Below, one piece after another: positions 55,883 through 64,000 of a stretch of 64,000 nucleotides of DNA; positions within the stretch are counted from its first letter, which is position 1, and each line of letters starts with the position of its first letter. The stretch covers positions 4,002 through 68,001 of IMG/VR virus record IMGVR_UViG_3300008108_000037. The stretch is one strand, 5' to 3'. The position numbers and the translations under genes are program-made. The DNA comes from a virus. Its lineage: Duplodnaviria; Heunggongvirae; Uroviricota; Caudoviricetes. The notes beneath the pieces are model-generated. The model was not told the DNA's origin. It saw only the letters and a list, made by a program, of their open reading frames with translations, and searched no databases.

Positions 55883-56551
55883 ATGAAAAAAATGAAGAGA
55901 TATAAGAATTTCTTAAATGAAGGAAATTTTATAGAAGACTTTGTAAAAAGTGTAATTGGCGGAGATGAACAAAAAGAAAAAGTATTGAGGCCGGAAATAT
56001 TGAATTTTAATACCCAATCTTTTTTTAATTGGATGTCCGAAAAAATAAAAAGAGGCGACGATCAACCTCTGTATATTTTTAATTCTGTAAATTCATCAAA
56101 TCCTTTTTATGTGATGTCTGAGTTTCATGAAGAATCGAAAGCCTATGGATTCGAGGAAGACGAAAGCGGAAACATAATTGCGGGGGGTAAGAAATATTCC
56201 TACTGTATATTTAATTGCTCAAAGATTGATTCATTTTCTGCGGATTTTTTGATTTCTGACCTAAATAAAATACTTTCTAAAAATTCAGAGGAATTCAGGA
56301 ATACAATAATAGAGGTTACTAATTTCTCTTCACTTGACGACACGGAGAAAAAGCTTTTTAACACTTTTGTAGAATCTAGAAAAGTTGGGGATTATGAATT
56401 AAAACCGGGGGAATTTTTTATATTTTCCGACAACACCAATTCTAAAAAGGGAGGGAAGGACGAATCCTCTCATCTGGGATCTATATTCCCAAATACTAAA
56501 TTTTATATTATAGGTCATAAATTTTCCAGAACAGAAGAAAACTTGGATTGA
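55883..56551 (+). CDS. putative internal head protein
   Basis: MKKMKRYKNFLNE; GAATATATAA box upstream. Confidence 0.7.
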   Translation: MKKMKRYKNFLNEGNFIEDFVKSVIGGDEQKEKVLRPEILNFNTQSFFNWMSEKIKRGDDQPLYIFNSVNSSNPFYVMSEFHEESKAYGFEEDESGNIIAGGKKYSYCIFNCSKIDSFSADFLISDLNKILSKNSEEFRNTIIEVTNFSSLDDTEKKLFNTFVESRKVGDYELKPGEFFIFSDNTNSKKGGKDESSHLGSIFPNTKFYIIGHKFSRTEENLD

Positions 56552-56579
56552 ATTGATCATATAATATAAAAAATGATAG

Positions 56580-57056
56580 ATGCATTACAAGATTGTTTTC
56601 AAGGTTTCTCCTTTCCAAGATTTTGATAAGGGTTCATTAGTAACCTACAGAGACGAAAATCTTCTTGAATACATTAAAGAAACCCTTTATTCCAAATCAA
56701 ATTTCTTCTATGTTTCTGAGATAGATTGGAAGAGCTATACTTGTGAGGTATCAAATTACATAGATTCTATTAAAACATCTCCAGATCAGCTAATAGAAAT
56801 AGTTGCTTACCTAGAAAAAGTCAACAACGGGAAAATAAAAAAATCTAATACCAAATTAGAAAATATAATAATCCATCAAGATGAAATAGAATCCACGTAT
56901 ATACTGGAAGATCAAAAAATTTCAATTTCGCTGGAAAATTCTTTGATACCCGATGGGTATTTTGATCTGATTAATTCTGTTGTTTCTATCGACAGAAGAT
57001 ACAAAGAATACAAAATAGTTAGATTTAAGGAAAACATAATCTCTGATCTTTTTTGA
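56580..57056 (+). CDS. hypothetical protein
   Basis: ORF track. Confidence 0.7.
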   Translation: MHYKIVFKVSPFQDFDKGSLVTYRDENLLEYIKETLYSKSNFFYVSEIDWKSYTCEVSNYIDSIKTSPDQLIEIVAYLEKVNNGKIKKSNTKLENIIIHQDEIESTYILEDQKISISLENSLIPDGYFDLINSVVSIDRRYKEYKIVRFKENIISDLF

Positions 57057-57117
57057 GATAGATATAAAATAATGCACTTAAAAAATCACCAATTAAAATA
57101 AATATAACAGGAAAAAA

Positions 57118-57363
57118 ATGTCAGAACTTAATAGTCAAAATTTCGATCAAGCTATCTCATCATCAGAAAAATGCATGATAGACTTCTATGCAACCTGGTG
57201 TGGCCCATGTAAAGCAATGAACCCAGTGTTGGAAAGTGCAGAAACTGATTTAGGAGAGGGTAAAATTTACAAGGTTGATGTTGACAAAAATCGTGATCTT
57301 GTTGAGAAGTTTGGAAAGAGCGGGGTTATCCCGAAAGGGCTTATACTTGAATATCTGAATTAA
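57118..57363 (+). CDS. trxA: thioredoxin, internally shortened
   Basis: DFYATWCGPCK; lacks the usual GIRSIPT...G segment. Confidence 0.8.
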   Translation: MSELNSQNFDQAISSSEKCMIDFYATWCGPCKAMNPVLESAETDLGEGKIYKVDVDKNRDLVEKFGKSGVIPKGLILEYLN

Positions 57364-57368
57364 AAATA

Positions 57369-57677
57369 ATGTCGATTAAAAAATACAGAGAATTTATTAA
57401 TGAAAGTGCATCAGAGGAAATAGCTGGGGGAAAATCTTCAGGAATGAGCCTAATTGATATAGCTAAAAAACATTCTTATGATGATTCCAGTGATTCAACT
57501 TCACAAGAAAAGATAGATGACATGTATACCATACTCACTAAACAATTAGAGATAGGAATTTCTGTCGAGCTTGAGCATACAGGTAATGAAGATGTTGCGA
57601 TGGAAATCGCTATGGACCATCTAGAGGAAGATCCACGTTATTATGAAAAGCTTGGAAAAGCAGGTCTAATAGATTAG
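57369..57677 (+). CDS. DUF5661-like putative internal head protein
   Basis: MSIKKYREFINE; GISVELEHT...IAMDHL.EDP.YY.KL. Confidence 0.8.
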   Translation: MSIKKYREFINESASEEIAGGKSSGMSLIDIAKKHSYDDSSDSTSQEKIDDMYTILTKQLEIGISVELEHTGNEDVAMEIAMDHLEEDPRYYEKLGKAGLID

Positions 57678-57773
57678 AAATTCGAGGAAATTCTTCTAAA
57701 CATGCGAAATTTTATTACATTTGCGATATATAACAATCAAAGTTCTTTAAAATATTGGTAATTTGATTTCGAA

Positions 57774-57840
57774 GCGGCAGATTTGGATACTTCAAACTAT
57801 ACAAATAAGCAACGGATTAATTAGGCTTCATGCCCAATCT
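57774..57840 (+). ncRNA. Y-RNA-like hairpin 1 upstream of TROVE
   Basis: GCGGCAGATTTGG-ATACTTCAAACTA...CCAATCT; shares TACTTCAA(A)CTA with hairpin 2. Confidence 0.5.
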
Positions 57841-58034
57841 AAAACGAGCAAATCCCCTCTCGGCTGGGTAATGCTCCTCTGGACGTTAAACGACTGGAGT
57901 AACTAACCGGGTATTTCCTGTAGAAACGGGGGTGTCAGAGACCATAAGGCTGAAGATTCGCTTCCTTAAGGAGCAACCCCAAACTGGGAATTCTCGAAAC
58001 AAAAAACCAAATTTATTTAAGATTATAAACTATC

Positions 58035-58084
58035 CGACGCGGGACAGGGAGTTACTTCAACTACAAACCGAAACAACACTCCCT
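58035..58084 (+). ncRNA. Y-RNA-like hairpin 2 upstream of TROVE
   Basis: GCGGGAC-AGGGAGT-TACTTCAACTA...ACTCCCT; 7-bp perfect stem. Confidence 0.55.
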
Positions 58085-58133
58085 TTCAATATTCTCGGTA
58101 AGTTTCTAAAAGTCTTTATTATTAGACATGTGG

Positions 58134-58163
58134 AAGCTTATCGGAACCCGATAGGCTTTTTTT
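58134..58163 (+). terminator. intrinsic terminator 24 nt upstream of the TROVE start
   Basis: AAGCTTATCGG-AAC-CCGATAGGCTT-TTTTT. Confidence 0.85.
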
Positions 58164-58187
58164 ATTGGGAAAATTAAAAACAAACAT

Positions 58188-59828
58188 ATGTCTAAATTAA
58201 CAGAATACGCAGTAAAGTCAAGATCAGAAGTTAGAAAGCACGAGGAAAAAGTTGTCGAAAATTTCATGGGTGGAAATTCTTACACAATTTCTCCGCTCCA
58301 AACCCTTAAAATAGTGGCAGCAAGTTCTATCTTTGGAGAGCCCCAATATTACAGAGACGGAATTAAGGAGGAGAAGAAAATTAAGAATCATGACTCTCTT
58401 TTGGAATACTCCATATTTTCTGAATTAATCAAAGATAAAAGGACCGCTGCGGACGTTTTTACAGACGCTATTGATAAGGCCTTAGATTATGACTTCAAAG
58501 GAACTTTGGACTTAGCTACGGAGCTAAGAACCACCTTTTACATGAGGTTAAATCCCGCTGTTATTTTTGTAAGAGCATCTATGCATCCAAATAGGATTGA
58601 ATTCAATGAGAATAATCCAGGATACATGAAAAAGGTGGGTAAAGCCATTGCATTAAGACCTGACGATCTAACAAATCAATTTGAATATTTCATGTTCTTA
58701 AATAAGTCCAAGAATAAGCTTAGCTCCCTGGTTAAAAGAACATGGGCAGAAAAACTTGCTGAATATTCAAGATATCAGCTCAACAAATACAAGGGGAAAA
58801 TGCTGATCGACCTGGTAAGGATTTCCCATGCGTGGAGCAACGATATTGACGAGTTAATGAAGACTGGTTCTCTGAAGATCGAAGAGAACGAGAGAACCTG
58901 GGAGAATTTAAAATCCGAGGGTAAATCCTGGAAAGAGATTTTAGAAACTATTGAAATTCCGCACATGGCTCTTTTAAGAAATTTAAGAGGAATTTTCATA
59001 GAGATCGAGGATATCGAGGTGGCTAAGAAAGTGACAGAGAAACTTAAGTCTGGGGTTTTAAATGGGAAACAATTTCCATTCAGGTATTGGTCTGCGTATC
59101 AGGCGATAAAAGATACCGAGACAATAAATCATTCGGGAATTTTGACTGATGCTTTAGAAGAGTGTATGGACATAGCAGTTGATAATATGCCAAAACTAAA
59201 AGGGAAAACCATTTCTCTTTCGGATAACTCCGGATCATCCTGGGGAACCTGCAATTCAGAATATGGAAAAGTGCATGTTGCTGAGATAGCAAATCTTTCA
59301 TCCCTGATCACAGGAAAGAATTCAGACGAGGGTGAAATTGGATTATTCGGTGACGGTCTTTTAGTTGAACCTGTTTCAAAAAGGGACGGTCTTCTTTCTC
59401 AACTTAAAAAAATGAATGCTGTTGAAAAGGAGCACGGAAAACTGGGTGGTGGGACCGAAAATGGTATTTGGCTATTTTTTGATAGAGCTATCAAAAACAA
59501 AATCCACTATGATAATATTTTCATCTATTCAGACATGCAAGCAGGTCATGGTGGTTTATATGGGGTAAATCCTGATGACTATAAGGATTTTATTCATGGG
59601 AAGGGCGGATATGGAAGATATATCGACGTTCTAGCTCTAGCTCAGAAGTACCGAAAGGAAGTTAATCCGAAAGTAAATCTTTTCTCAGTCCAAGTGGCTG
59701 GATATGATAACTCAGTTCTACCTGAAAATCTTTATAGAGGAGCAATCTTAGCTGGATGGACAGGTAAAGAACCGATCTTTGCTAAGGCTTTAATTGACAC
59801 GTGGGATTCGATAGAAAACAATCAATAA
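58188..59828 (+). CDS. Ro60/TROVE-domain RNA-binding protein with vWA domain
   Basis: NFMGG.SY; LR....MRLNP; RPDD; LIDLVRISH; MALLRNLRG; QFPFRY; MIDAS-like DNSGS; SDMQ. Confidence 0.92.
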   Translation: MSKLTEYAVKSRSEVRKHEEKVVENFMGGNSYTISPLQTLKIVAASSIFGEPQYYRDGIKEEKKIKNHDSLLEYSIFSELIKDKRTAADVFTDAIDKALDYDFKGTLDLATELRTTFYMRLNPAVIFVRASMHPNRIEFNENNPGYMKKVGKAIALRPDDLTNQFEYFMFLNKSKNKLSSLVKRTWAEKLAEYSRYQLNKYKGKMLIDLVRISHAWSNDIDELMKTGSLKIEENERTWENLKSEGKSWKEILETIEIPHMALLRNLRGIFIEIEDIEVAKKVTEKLKSGVLNGKQFPFRYWSAYQAIKDTETINHSGILTDALEECMDIAVDNMPKLKGKTISLSDNSGSSWGTCNSEYGKVHVAEIANLSSLITGKNSDEGEIGLFGDGLLVEPVSKRDGLLSQLKKMNAVEKEHGKLGGGTENGIWLFFDRAIKNKIHYDNIFIYSDMQAGHGGLYGVNPDDYKDFIHGKGGYGRYIDVLALAQKYRKEVNPKVNLFSVQVAGYDNSVLPENLYRGAILAGWTGKEPIFAKALIDTWDSIENNQ

Positions 59829-59831
59829 TTT

Positions 59832-59858
59832 AAAGGGATCTTCTGATCCCTTTTCTTT
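59832..59858 (+). terminator. terminator after TROVE
   Basis: AAAGGGATC-TTCT-GATCCCTTT-TCTTT. Confidence 0.75.
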
Positions 59859-59911
59859 GATATATAATAAAACTCCTGAATATCCTTCAGGTAAGAAAAA
59901 TATATACCAAT

Positions 59912-60160
59912 ATGGAAATTAAAAGGTTCAAAGCATTTTTGAATGAAATGAAAAAGGGTTACGGTCAAGATTATTCCCTGGAAGATGTTACAAAGGGAGA
60001 AATCGTTGCTTACAGAGGCACAAGATATTTTGTGATAGATTCTAACGAATACATGCTAGAACTTTCCAAAGATAAAGATGCCGTTCCTGGAGACAGAAAA
60101 AACATGCTCGCAAACAAAAGTATGTTTAGAGAATATGGAGCCATTCCAGATCAAAATTGA
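59912..60160 (+). CDS. putative internal head protein
   Basis: MEIKRFKAFLNE. Confidence 0.75.
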   Translation: MEIKRFKAFLNEMKKGYGQDYSLEDVTKGEIVAYRGTRYFVIDSNEYMLELSKDKDAVPGDRKNMLANKSMFREYGAIPDQN

Positions 60161-60181
60161 TATATAAATAAAAATAAGACG

Positions 60182-60511
60182 ATGAGACATTTAAAATATT
60201 TTAGACCCCTAAACGAAGAAATGGGCCAAGACGAAGTCATTTATGCAGATTCTTGGACCCCAACCCAACATCCAGAAGGTGATTATGATGTTAAGTGGAC
60301 ATCAGAGGTAGGGGAAGAAAAACAAGCGGTATTTTCCGACGTTGGGGGTCCAATTATGGACGACGGGGAATCCGGATATTCAGTTTTTGAAACAATTCCG
60401 GGAACATCCTCAGATGGAAACGAATATTTAGGTGAGGTGGTTTATAAAGAACTTGGCGGAGATGGATCACATGAATTCCAGATAGTTTCTATCATGATCA
60501 AAAACAAGTAA
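60182..60511 (+). CDS. putative internal head protein
   Basis: MRHLKYFRPLNE; GATATATAA box upstream. Confidence 0.75.
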   Translation: MRHLKYFRPLNEEMGQDEVIYADSWTPTQHPEGDYDVKWTSEVGEEKQAVFSDVGGPIMDDGESGYSVFETIPGTSSDGNEYLGEVVYKELGGDGSHEFQIVSIMIKNK

Positions 60512-60558
60512 TTTCTTTCGCATTTTTTAGAACCGGGGTTTTATTGTAAATTTACAAA

Positions 60559-61077
60559 ATGAAACTACCGGTTTTATTTTTGTTCCTAATAAGTGTCACT
60601 AGTTCACTTAGATCACAGACAGTTCTGGTTCATGATCCTGTATCAAACATGAAGATCCTCCAAGCCTGTGAAATTCTTAGAGAGAATGAGGGAGAGATAT
60701 ACGAGTCTATAGTTCAGCATTCCAATCTACAAAAATATAAAGATCCGGATAATTCCTTTAATAGTACCTGTAGTTATGATGTTTCTAGTGGATCCCTTTG
60801 GATATTAATCGGTGAGGGATCTCTTTATGATCGGAGCGTATATAGATTGGCAGGAACAATTTATCACGAATCCCTCCACTTGCTACTCAAATTACAAAGA
60901 CAGAGAGAAGGTAGGATCGTAAATTTTTCAGATTTATCCGCACAGGAAAGGAAACAAGAAGAGATTTTTATCTATAAAAAAACAAAAGAACTATTGAAAA
61001 AAATTGGAACTCCTTTATGGGAAATCCAGGAGTATGATCAATGGTTAGAAGGGGCAAAAAACAAAAACTATTTTTAA
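60559..61077 (+). CDS. secreted HExxH protein
   Basis: Signal peptide; IYHESLH. Confidence 0.7.
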   Translation: MKLPVLFLFLISVTSSLRSQTVLVHDPVSNMKILQACEILRENEGEIYESIVQHSNLQKYKDPDNSFNSTCSYDVSSGSLWILIGEGSLYDRSVYRLAGTIYHESLHLLLKLQRQREGRIVNFSDLSAQERKQEEIFIYKKTKELLKKIGTPLWEIQEYDQWLEGAKNKNYF

Positions 61078-61107
61078 GATAGATAGCTCCAATATAAGAT
61101 ATTATGA

Positions 61108-61434
61108 ATGGCTCTTGTTATTTACACAAAACTTCGCGAATTACAAATCCAAGAAAAAGAAATTTATGAGTTTGGCAACTGGCTCAGAAGCTTTGCCAAT
61201 GAAACAACCTGGGGAGAGGACGATGAATATGATAGCTCCTACGACGAAGATGCAGAATTACCTGTAAACGACCAAGGTGATGTTATGGAATATCCGTGGG
61301 ACGATTTTAGTTACATTGTGGTTCCTGATTCTAATGATGAAGCAGAAGAAGCTTTAGAAATTGCTCAGATGCTAGGGGTTACTCTTAGATTCGACGTGCA
61401 TGATTTGGGACGTGTATTTTTTGTCGTAAGATAA
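61108..61434 (+). CDS. acidic hypothetical protein
   Basis: ORF track. Confidence 0.7.
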   Translation: MALVIYTKLRELQIQEKEIYEFGNWLRSFANETTWGEDDEYDSSYDEDAELPVNDQGDVMEYPWDDFSYIVVPDSNDEAEEALEIAQMLGVTLRFDVHDLGRVFFVVR

Positions 61435-61482
61435 AAAAACGGGAGTAGTTCTTTTAGATATATAAAAAAAAGAAGATCCAAG

Positions 61483-62034
61483 ATGGCCCTCCAAATTAAC
61501 AAAGAAATAGAAACCATAAATAAAGGTGCACTGTCTACTTCCTATGCTAGGATAGAAGTATATCACATAGATAAGCATATTGGCGTTATGAGGGTTAGCA
61601 TCGCTCTTTATGTCGATAAGGACGATGCAGATAAAAACAAATTTGTATATCATGAGGATTTTTTAGATCCCCTGAACAGGTCTTCCCAATCTGGTCCAAT
61701 TCCAACATTAATAAATGTTGATGGAAATTCTATAAATTATCCCACAATATTCGATCTTCCACTTTCAGTAGATGAAACAGTGACTGAAGACGAATACCAA
61801 ACACAGGATCTCGTTAGAACTGTCAAATATTATGATTTTGACGAGGATGGCAATGTGATAGAAAAAACTAGAGAAGAAACATACCAGGACAGGGTTAAGA
61901 CTGGAACAAAATCTGTAACAAAGTCCAAAATAGATCTCTCTGTGATAGGCTCTAATCCATATGAGTGGGCATACAGTAAATTGAAGCCGAAATTGGAGGA
62001 GGTTTTCGGCGAAGGAAATGTAATTGATCTCTAA
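61483..62034 (+). CDS. putative structural protein
   Basis: GATATATAA box upstream; ...YE.AY..LK...F...D ending common in tail-associated proteins. Confidence 0.65.
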   Translation: MALQINKEIETINKGALSTSYARIEVYHIDKHIGVMRVSIALYVDKDDADKNKFVYHEDFLDPLNRSSQSGPIPTLINVDGNSINYPTIFDLPLSVDETVTEDEYQTQDLVRTVKYYDFDEDGNVIEKTREETYQDRVKTGTKSVTKSKIDLSVIGSNPYEWAYSKLKPKLEEVFGEGNVIDL

Positions 62035-62037
62035 GAT

Positions 62038-62505
62038 ATGAGTGTAGTTTCGATCGGTACAACGAACATTAATATGGGTAATCAAGGATTTGAGGGGGGC
62101 ACAGCCCAACTTTCAAATATCTTCGTAGGTACCAGCAATAACAGTTTAGACAATCTTTGGGACAATAAGAGATATCCAAGAGGATCTGGACAATCTAATT
62201 TTGGGTATTTTTACAATAAGAAATTTAGATGCATCAGAGTCTATTCTAATGATACGGGTAAAGGTACAGTTTCCATAACATATCCGATCACTTTAAGTGG
62301 TCAAGGTGCTGGACTTGATTACGGATTTAGTTATTCCGATTATGCTTATATAACTGTGACAGCAACCCAAACATATCCTTATGTTTTTCAATACTGGCAA
62401 ACACGAACCCCTACATCGGGAACGGTTTTAAGCTATAGTTCATCGGTGAATTTGGCCAGCACAGACTGGACAGGTAACTATACTGTTACTGCGGTGTTCG
62501 CCTAA
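62038..62505 (+). CDS. putative tail-associated protein with InlB-B-repeat-like domain
   Basis: ITVTAT..YPYVFQYW...GT.LS.......TVTAVF. Confidence 0.6.
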   Translation: MSVVSIGTTNINMGNQGFEGGTAQLSNIFVGTSNNSLDNLWDNKRYPRGSGQSNFGYFYNKKFRCIRVYSNDTGKGTVSITYPITLSGQGAGLDYGFSYSDYAYITVTATQTYPYVFQYWQTRTPTSGTVLSYSSSVNLASTDWTGNYTVTAVFA

Positions 62506-62540
62506 CATTATTATAATTTCTTTTTCTGCAAAATTAATAA

Positions 62541-63116
62541 TTAAATCAGGGATTGGCCTTCTGTATAATATTTTGAACCTATTGGGAATTCAACTTCACT
62601 GTTCAATTTAAAAGTGTTTTTAACGAAATTTATACCATTGCTGAAATATAAATTTTCATAGGAAATCGATGGAATTTTTTTTAGATCAATCCAATTTTTG
62701 AATTCCTCTTTATTATTTTTCAGTGATGTTCCATAGTAAGATATTATTTCTTCCTCAGTAATGATCTTTTTTACCATATCTCCATTGTATCTGTGATGCC
62801 ATAAATTTGTTTTTTCTGCAAACAGGTATGATCTAGATTGTTCGTACCAATTTTCTCTATATAAACACATCACCACGTCGCTTATATCCAGAAGTGTTGA
62901 AAAATCTACATTATTTCTCCATAATTCCTTAATGAAATAGCTTTTATTCGGATCGATCCATGACGTATCCTTATAATTTACATCCTTCGTGAAATCATTA
63001 TTGTCGGGATTATACGGCTCGTGGGCAATTATAAATTTATTTTTTAATGATAATCTAAACCACTCTGTTAGTGTTTGTCCCCCGGATCTACCCTCGGCAA
63101 TTACAGTTAAAACCAT
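62541..63116 (-). CDS. sulfotransferase-like protein
   Basis: GRSGGQTL PAPS-loop; HEPYN; LYRE...Q..S; YE.L. Confidence 0.7.
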   Translation of the reverse strand: MVLTVIAEGRSGGQTLTEWFRLSLKNKFIIAHEPYNPDNNDFTKDVNYKDTSWIDPNKSYFIKELWRNNVDFSTLLDISDVVMCLYRENWYEQSRSYLFAEKTNLWHHRYNGDMVKKIITEEEIISYYGTSLKNNKEEFKNWIDLKKIPSISYENLYFSNGINFVKNTFKLNSEVEFPIGSKYYTEGQSLI

Positions 63117-63127
63117 ATCAGAATATT

Positions 63128-63580
63128 TTAATTAGAAACACTAAAGTTATTTGATGTGAAAATTCTTTGCGCATGTGTATTCCAATCCTCACATTCACAT
63201 TTTATTGACGAATAGGACCCTAACATCTGAGAGCATGTCTCGTTGACAAACCAGATCGGAGCTAATTTTGGTCTTTTGATCCTGTTAGTAACATACAGGT
63301 TATACAGAAATGCGATTTCATTATCAAGTTTATTAAACCAAACATAGCCCAGCGGAGATTTGTTTGAAAATAAAATAAAAAGTGTATGACCCTCTTTTAG
63401 TCTATTAAAAACGTCTTCTAATTTGAACATCTTATCCCACGAGTATTCCTGTTTAAAATAGTTGATTAGAATCTCCATATGATTTATATGAATGTCTTCA
63501 ATTTGATTTTCGATTCTTACCACACCCAATTTTTTTTGATCTATAAAATCTTCCCTGTTTATATTAAAGTTAATCATCAT
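63128..63580 (-). CDS. GNAT-like acetyltransferase
   Basis: LGYVWF...LYNLYV...WN..A..IF...F. Confidence 0.65.
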   Translation of the reverse strand: MMINFNINREDFIDQKKLGVVRIENQIEDIHINHMEILINYFKQEYSWDKMFKLEDVFNRLKEGHTLFILFSNKSPLGYVWFNKLDNEIAFLYNLYVTNRIKRPKLAPIWFVNETCSQMLGSYSSIKCECEDWNTHAQRIFTSNNFSVSN

Positions 63581-63999
63581 ATTAGTTTTCTTTCTTTGTT
63601 TATAAATTCTTGCATATTATGCCAAACATCGTCTTTTAAACCAATTTTATTTAATTCATTAATAAAATCTTGATGATCCGGATGATCCTTGTCCCAAATT
63701 TTATGTAGTTGAAATTCAGTATCACTAAATGTTCCCCAATTTGTAATTTTTCCAAAAAATACATTTAATTTATTTCCAAAGATGGAGTGCATCAAATCAT
63801 AGAATTTCTTCATTTCTTTATAGTTTGATGTTTGCACTACAAACGAGGTTTTTACAGATTTTAATGTTGGTATAGTAGATATGAATTTTAAATTATCAAT
63901 TAATTCTTCCCAATTACCTCCCACCCTTACCTTGTTTTCGTAAGTATCTTTAGTAGCCGCATCTATGCTGATTTCACACGTTTTTACATATTTGTGAAC
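63577..63999 (-). CDS. radical SAM protein, 3' end (partial)
   Basis: Frame open to the window edge: EISIDAATKDTYE..R.GGNW..L..NL...FVVQ..NY.EM. Confidence 0.75.
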   Translation of the reverse strand, partial: VHKYVKTCEISIDAATKDTYENKVRVGGNWEELIDNLKFISTIPTLKSVKTSFVVQTSNYKEMKKFYDLMHSIFGNKLNVFFGKITNWGTFSDTEFQLHKIWDKDHPDHQDFINELNKIGLKDDVWHNMQEFINKERKLI

Positions 64000-64000
64000 T

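Larger units (their letters stand above)
6077..61465. promoter_or_regulatory. late-promoter-like GATATATAA box family
   Basis: At 6077, 14098, 15084(-), 16479, 17271, 17656, 19630, 22660(-), 23932, 29993, 31935, 33621, 34816(-), 36291, 36882, 44051, 53424, 55867, 57725, 59859, 59899, 60159, 61457. Confidence 0.75.

Noticed and set aside
57932-58177. 81-aa ORF upstream of TROVE
   Set aside because: Runs through the RNA hairpin and the terminator; no recognisable protein.
1-64000. tRNA/tmRNA genes and stop-codon reassignment
   Set aside because: No T-loop GGTTCRA cloverleafs noticed; long genes are intact under the standard code and TAG/TGA are used as stops.

Overview
This is a 64-kb piece of an AT-rich, gene-dense large (probably T4-like) phage genome whose host is most likely a Bacteroidota. 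Supporting evidence: TAnnTTT(G/A) promoter boxes, no Shine-Dalgarno motifs, Bacteroidota-type bS21, ClpS and TonB-dependent receptor, and T9SS-CTD-like proteins. The window has three parts. (1) About 0.8-13.2 kb is an array of small + strand genes, most with their own host-type promoter, CA-rich leader and intrinsic terminator. The spacers hold 31 copies of a GGCGCC(C/T)C motif whose copy number tends to rise, with a 46-bp period, toward the right end of the array. (2) About 13.2-14.1 kb is a non-coding boundary with a 7-unit motif array, a G-run tract and several direct repeats; it could be an origin, a terminus or an injection-stop-like element. (3) About 14-64 kb is a mixed middle/late accessory region. 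Many genes there follow a GATATATAA late-promoter-like box, and 16 proteins in the window start with a T4-like capsid-targeting peptide ending in (I/L)xE. It also encodes a TonB receptor/lipoprotein pair behind a Pho-box-like repeat, bS21, a scattered glycan-modifying enzyme set, and an envelope/secreted protein locus (CsgG-like, cohesin/dockerin/C-type lectin, T9SS-CTD-like lipoproteins, beta-barrel). Both operons of that locus are headed by copies of an unrecognised structured RNA. A Ro60/TROVE gene preceded by Y-RNA-like hairpins lies near the end. No tRNA, rRNA, CRISPR array, integrase or core virion/replication gene was recognised. All family assignments are by motif recognition only, with no database searches.
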